IMG/VR virus record: IMGVR_UViG_3300020154_000003
Span: 124,001 to 188,000 of that record
Length of the DNA: 64,000 bases
Strand: one strand, 5' to 3'
Position 1 is the first letter of the stretch. Every line of letters begins with the position of its first letter. Both the position numbers and the translations under genes were made by a program. Shown here in pieces: positions 63,945-64,000 of this stretch. A model generated the notes under the pieces. The model searched no databases. It was not told the DNA's origin and was given only the letters and a program-made list of their open reading frames with translations.

Positions 63945-64000
63945 GTCTTCCTTTTATGAAGTTTTTCTTTTTAAATTCTTCCCATGCAGTTTCATCACTA

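Noticed and set aside
1-64000. Genome-wide TAG reassignment (genetic code 15-like)
   Set aside because: Coding density under the standard code is already high, long genes have no internal TAG, and several genes appear to end at TAG. I found internal TAGs only at 1.0-2.7 kb.

Overview
This AT-rich, densely packed window looks like part of a large (jumbo) dsDNA phage genome. A Bacteroidota host is inferred from A-rich, SD-less start regions, and T4-gp23-like capsid fragments are present. About 1-24.8 kb is mostly + strand and carries tRNAs, translation and tRNA-repair genes (Pth2-fold proteins, Thg1), nucleotide enzymes, a Prs-like/NAMPT-like NAD+ cluster, a QueC-like gene and vWA proteins. About 24.9-48 kb is mostly - strand small ORFs, including a six-member paralog array. 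About 34-55 kb consists of promoter-ORF-terminator cassettes driven by about 30 copies of an ECF-type AAC-N16-CGT promoter, with a phage ECF sigma gene at 51.4 kb. The top observation is at 1.0-2.8 kb. A tRNA gene with a CUA (amber) anticodon sits among three reading frames each interrupted by a single in-frame TAG: a Pth2-like gene, a methyltransferase and a leader peptide MKNL*SISRPP. The rest of the window is not TAG-recoded, so this is a candidate local amber-readthrough-gated operon. Other candidates are capsid (Gol-peptide-like) fragments in small proteins, a three-copy promoter-driven sRNA, an over-represented CCAGTACTGG palindrome at gene junctions, and a 31-bp-period iteron-like array. 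All family assignments come from motif recognition by eye; no database searches were run.
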